Shown one piece after another: positions 61,954-64,000 of a DNA stretch of 64,000 bases. This DNA comes from Elsinoe ampelina. Lineage: Eukaryota. Both the position numbers and the translations under genes were made by a program. Under the pieces are notes generated by a model. That model did no database searches, was not told the origin of the DNA, and was given only the letters and a program-made list of their open reading frames with translations. The DNA lies in contig ML992501.1 in the NCBI GenBank assembly GCA_010093995.1, positions 3,120,489 to 3,184,488 of the forward strand. Direction: 5' to 3'. Position 1 is the first letter of the stretch; each line of letters opens with the position of its first letter.

Positions 61954-63991
61954 CTATGGTGTCTCCGAGCGCCTGGTCCCAGCGGAACGCCCCCTGCGCT
62001 TCGGCGGCTGATGTATGAGAGACTTGCCGGGAGCACTAGATCCGACGAGCTCCATGTGATCGGACAGCTTGTTTGCGGCATCATCGTATCCCACTTCCTC
62101 AACCTCATAGACCTCGTCACCAAACACCATGCTGAAGCGCATGAGGCTTTGTCCCGTGTCGATTCGCAGCTTGTATGATGCACTCATGAATTCTGCCTCA
62201 TGTATGTCCTTATCCTGCTTCCAGTGATCATCTGGCAAGTTGTCTGTTCCGGTCCTAATGTCGCATGCGACCTTGACGTGCTCGTTGAGAAAGTCTGGTG
62301 GTTCGCCATCACCATCGAACCTATACAATATATCGCCGATGGACTCTGGCTTTCCGTCTGAAAGGTAGGTATCTTGCCAGAGATCGATTTCGTGCACTTG
62401 ACCAGACTTGATAACGTCACCCTTCTTGATGGGCCATGTCATGCGATATCGTTCGCGGGTGCAATTGCTGAACTTGTCGTAGTAACTATTGGGCGATCCT
62501 TCGGCCACCTTTGGATCACTGGCGAAACCATAGGAGAATCTTGACCTGCGAGAGGTGATCAAGGTGTCGTTACGCAAGGCATGATAGACAGCACCACGCG
62601 CGATGGAGTTCCATGCGGAATGGGCGGGCCTAGTAATCTCGATATTTCGCCGCTTTCCGTCAAAGTGTCTCTTGATGCGCTCATATAGGTACGCAGACTG
62701 GCCAAAGCCACCGATCAAGAGTAAACGGTCGATTTCGATGCCCTTGACCTCAACCGTCATCAGTTGTTCCTCGATAAGCTGGATGATCGGCTGTACAGCA
62801 CACTCGAAGATGTGGGTCAACGTAGTGGTGTCTAGATCTATGCGGTCCCCGACGATACCAAATTCGCTCAAGTCGTCCTTGGAAGTAAAGCAGATGGAGA
62901 ACTGCTTGTGTTTTGTGTGCTTGGTGTATGGGTTGAACAATCTCTTCGGACGACGATTGAATTCGACCAAGGCTTTAGGCCAGGCTTCAGGGGATGCTGC
63001 ACAGACTTCTTGGAATTTTTCGGTACTACCAAGCTTTTCTGTGATGAATGTCCGTAGGGCCATGTCCAGTGTTACGCCGCCGACTGTACCACCAGTCCCG
63101 GGAGCAACCTCTTCAAGCACAATAGGAGATGTTGCCACAACCTTGTATATGATTAGGTCGGCGGTACCGCCTCCAATGTCGCAGACAAGTACGTAATCGC
63201 CAACTTTGATAGTAGCACCAACAGTAGACTCTAACACACATACTGCAGCTGCCTCTGGTTCGGACAAGAGTGTGACATCAAGTCCGTACCCTGCTTTGAT
63301 AGCTGCGGTGCGTGTGTTCTGCTTTCCGGCTTCAGACCATACTGCCGGGTGGGTCAAAGTCCAGCATATCTCTGTGGTTTCCATGAACGATGGGCCGAGG
63401 TGCTCTATTAGCCAGTCTTCTGTTGCTTCGCGGACGAGTTTCAGCTGATCTGCAACAACATCGATTGGGCTTTTGCCCGTCGCCTCTCGAAGATTTCGCT
63501 GTTCTTCGAGCTCTGTGAATTCTCCAGGGAAAACTTTTTCGGGATCCAGGGAAAGCTTGGTATAACGAAAGATCTTCTCATCGTGCTTCTCTGGATCCGG
63601 CCATTGAGGGTTGCCAGCTTCATCATACACGAGCTCTGAGGGAGTCTTCTGCGCATTCTCTATGGGCCATCTACATTGGTCAGTTTTGATTAGCCATGAT
63701 ATTCGAGTTCACGAACTCTCGGAAGTTTTCGATGTCCTTCACACTCTTGAACGTGGGCTGGAATGCCCAGGCGACGCTACGACGAATGAGTATGATGAGT
63801 GCAATTTCAGAATAGGATTCATACCCGATGAAAGTTGTGCCGTAGTCAACTGTAATGGGCATACGCGGTTTTGGCCTGGACGGGAATTCATGCAGTGCTA
63901 CTGACTCTGAGGCGGTTTTGGTTGCGTCAATCGTTAAGTCGACGTCGCAAACTGGGAGAGTCGACAGCGTCGATCTACGGGTGGACACCAT
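61954..63991 (-). CDS. Atypical Hsp70 (HSPA12-like) H3 (~647 aa); exons 63991-63825, 63776-63717, 63670-61954
   Basis: 'ITVDYGTTFIG', 'QKTPSELVY', 'LTHPAVWS', 'LSEPEAAA', 'CDIGGGTADL', 'LLIGGFGQSAYL', 'SIARGA'. Same two phase-2 introns as H1 and H2. Confidence 0.93.
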
Positions 63992-64000
63992 GTTGTAGTG

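Noticed and set aside
52695..63991. Calling H1-H3 canonical heat-shock Hsp70 (SSA/SSB/KAR2) genes
   Set aside because: They lack the canonical substrate-binding-domain signature, EEVD/HDEL tails and the high conservation of those families. The motifs (TVPAxW, CDxGGGTxD, RxxYG) fit the HSPA12-like group.
1..64000. CRISPR arrays, rRNA/tRNA genes, intact transposons
   Set aside because: No repeat-spacer array, RNA-gene signature, or transposase/RT/integrase ORF was seen. Small RNA genes could be missed by eye.

Overview
Eukaryotic, intron-containing DNA from a filamentous ascomycete. Most introns are ~46-55 nt GT-AG with CTRAC/CTAAY-like branch sites; a more exact taxon cannot be fixed from sequence alone. 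No rRNA, tRNA, CRISPR array or intact transposon was recognised. Positions 1-50 kb hold mostly conserved genes: HECT E3 ligase TOM1/HUWE1, a membrane protein, ureG, a GAS2/GAR-domain protein, a DUF2470 protein, two paralogs sharing a short C-terminal beta-motif, a SNF2 ATPase, an HMG-box factor and MOB1. An accessory-looking stretch at ~17-29 kb carries a coiled-coil ORF, an MFS transporter, an arylamine N-acetyltransferase, a secreted beta-propeller and a stand-alone adenylate-type isopentenyltransferase. The most striking structure is at 50.6-64 kb: six genes in strict alternation, P1(+) H1(-) P2(+) H2(-) P3(+) H3(-). H1-3 are diverged HSPA12-like atypical Hsp70s with identical intron positions. 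P1-3 are mutually homologous, uncharacterised helical proteins with a GrpE-like C-terminal motif. I infer a tandemly amplified, co-diversifying Hsp70 plus dedicated-partner module.
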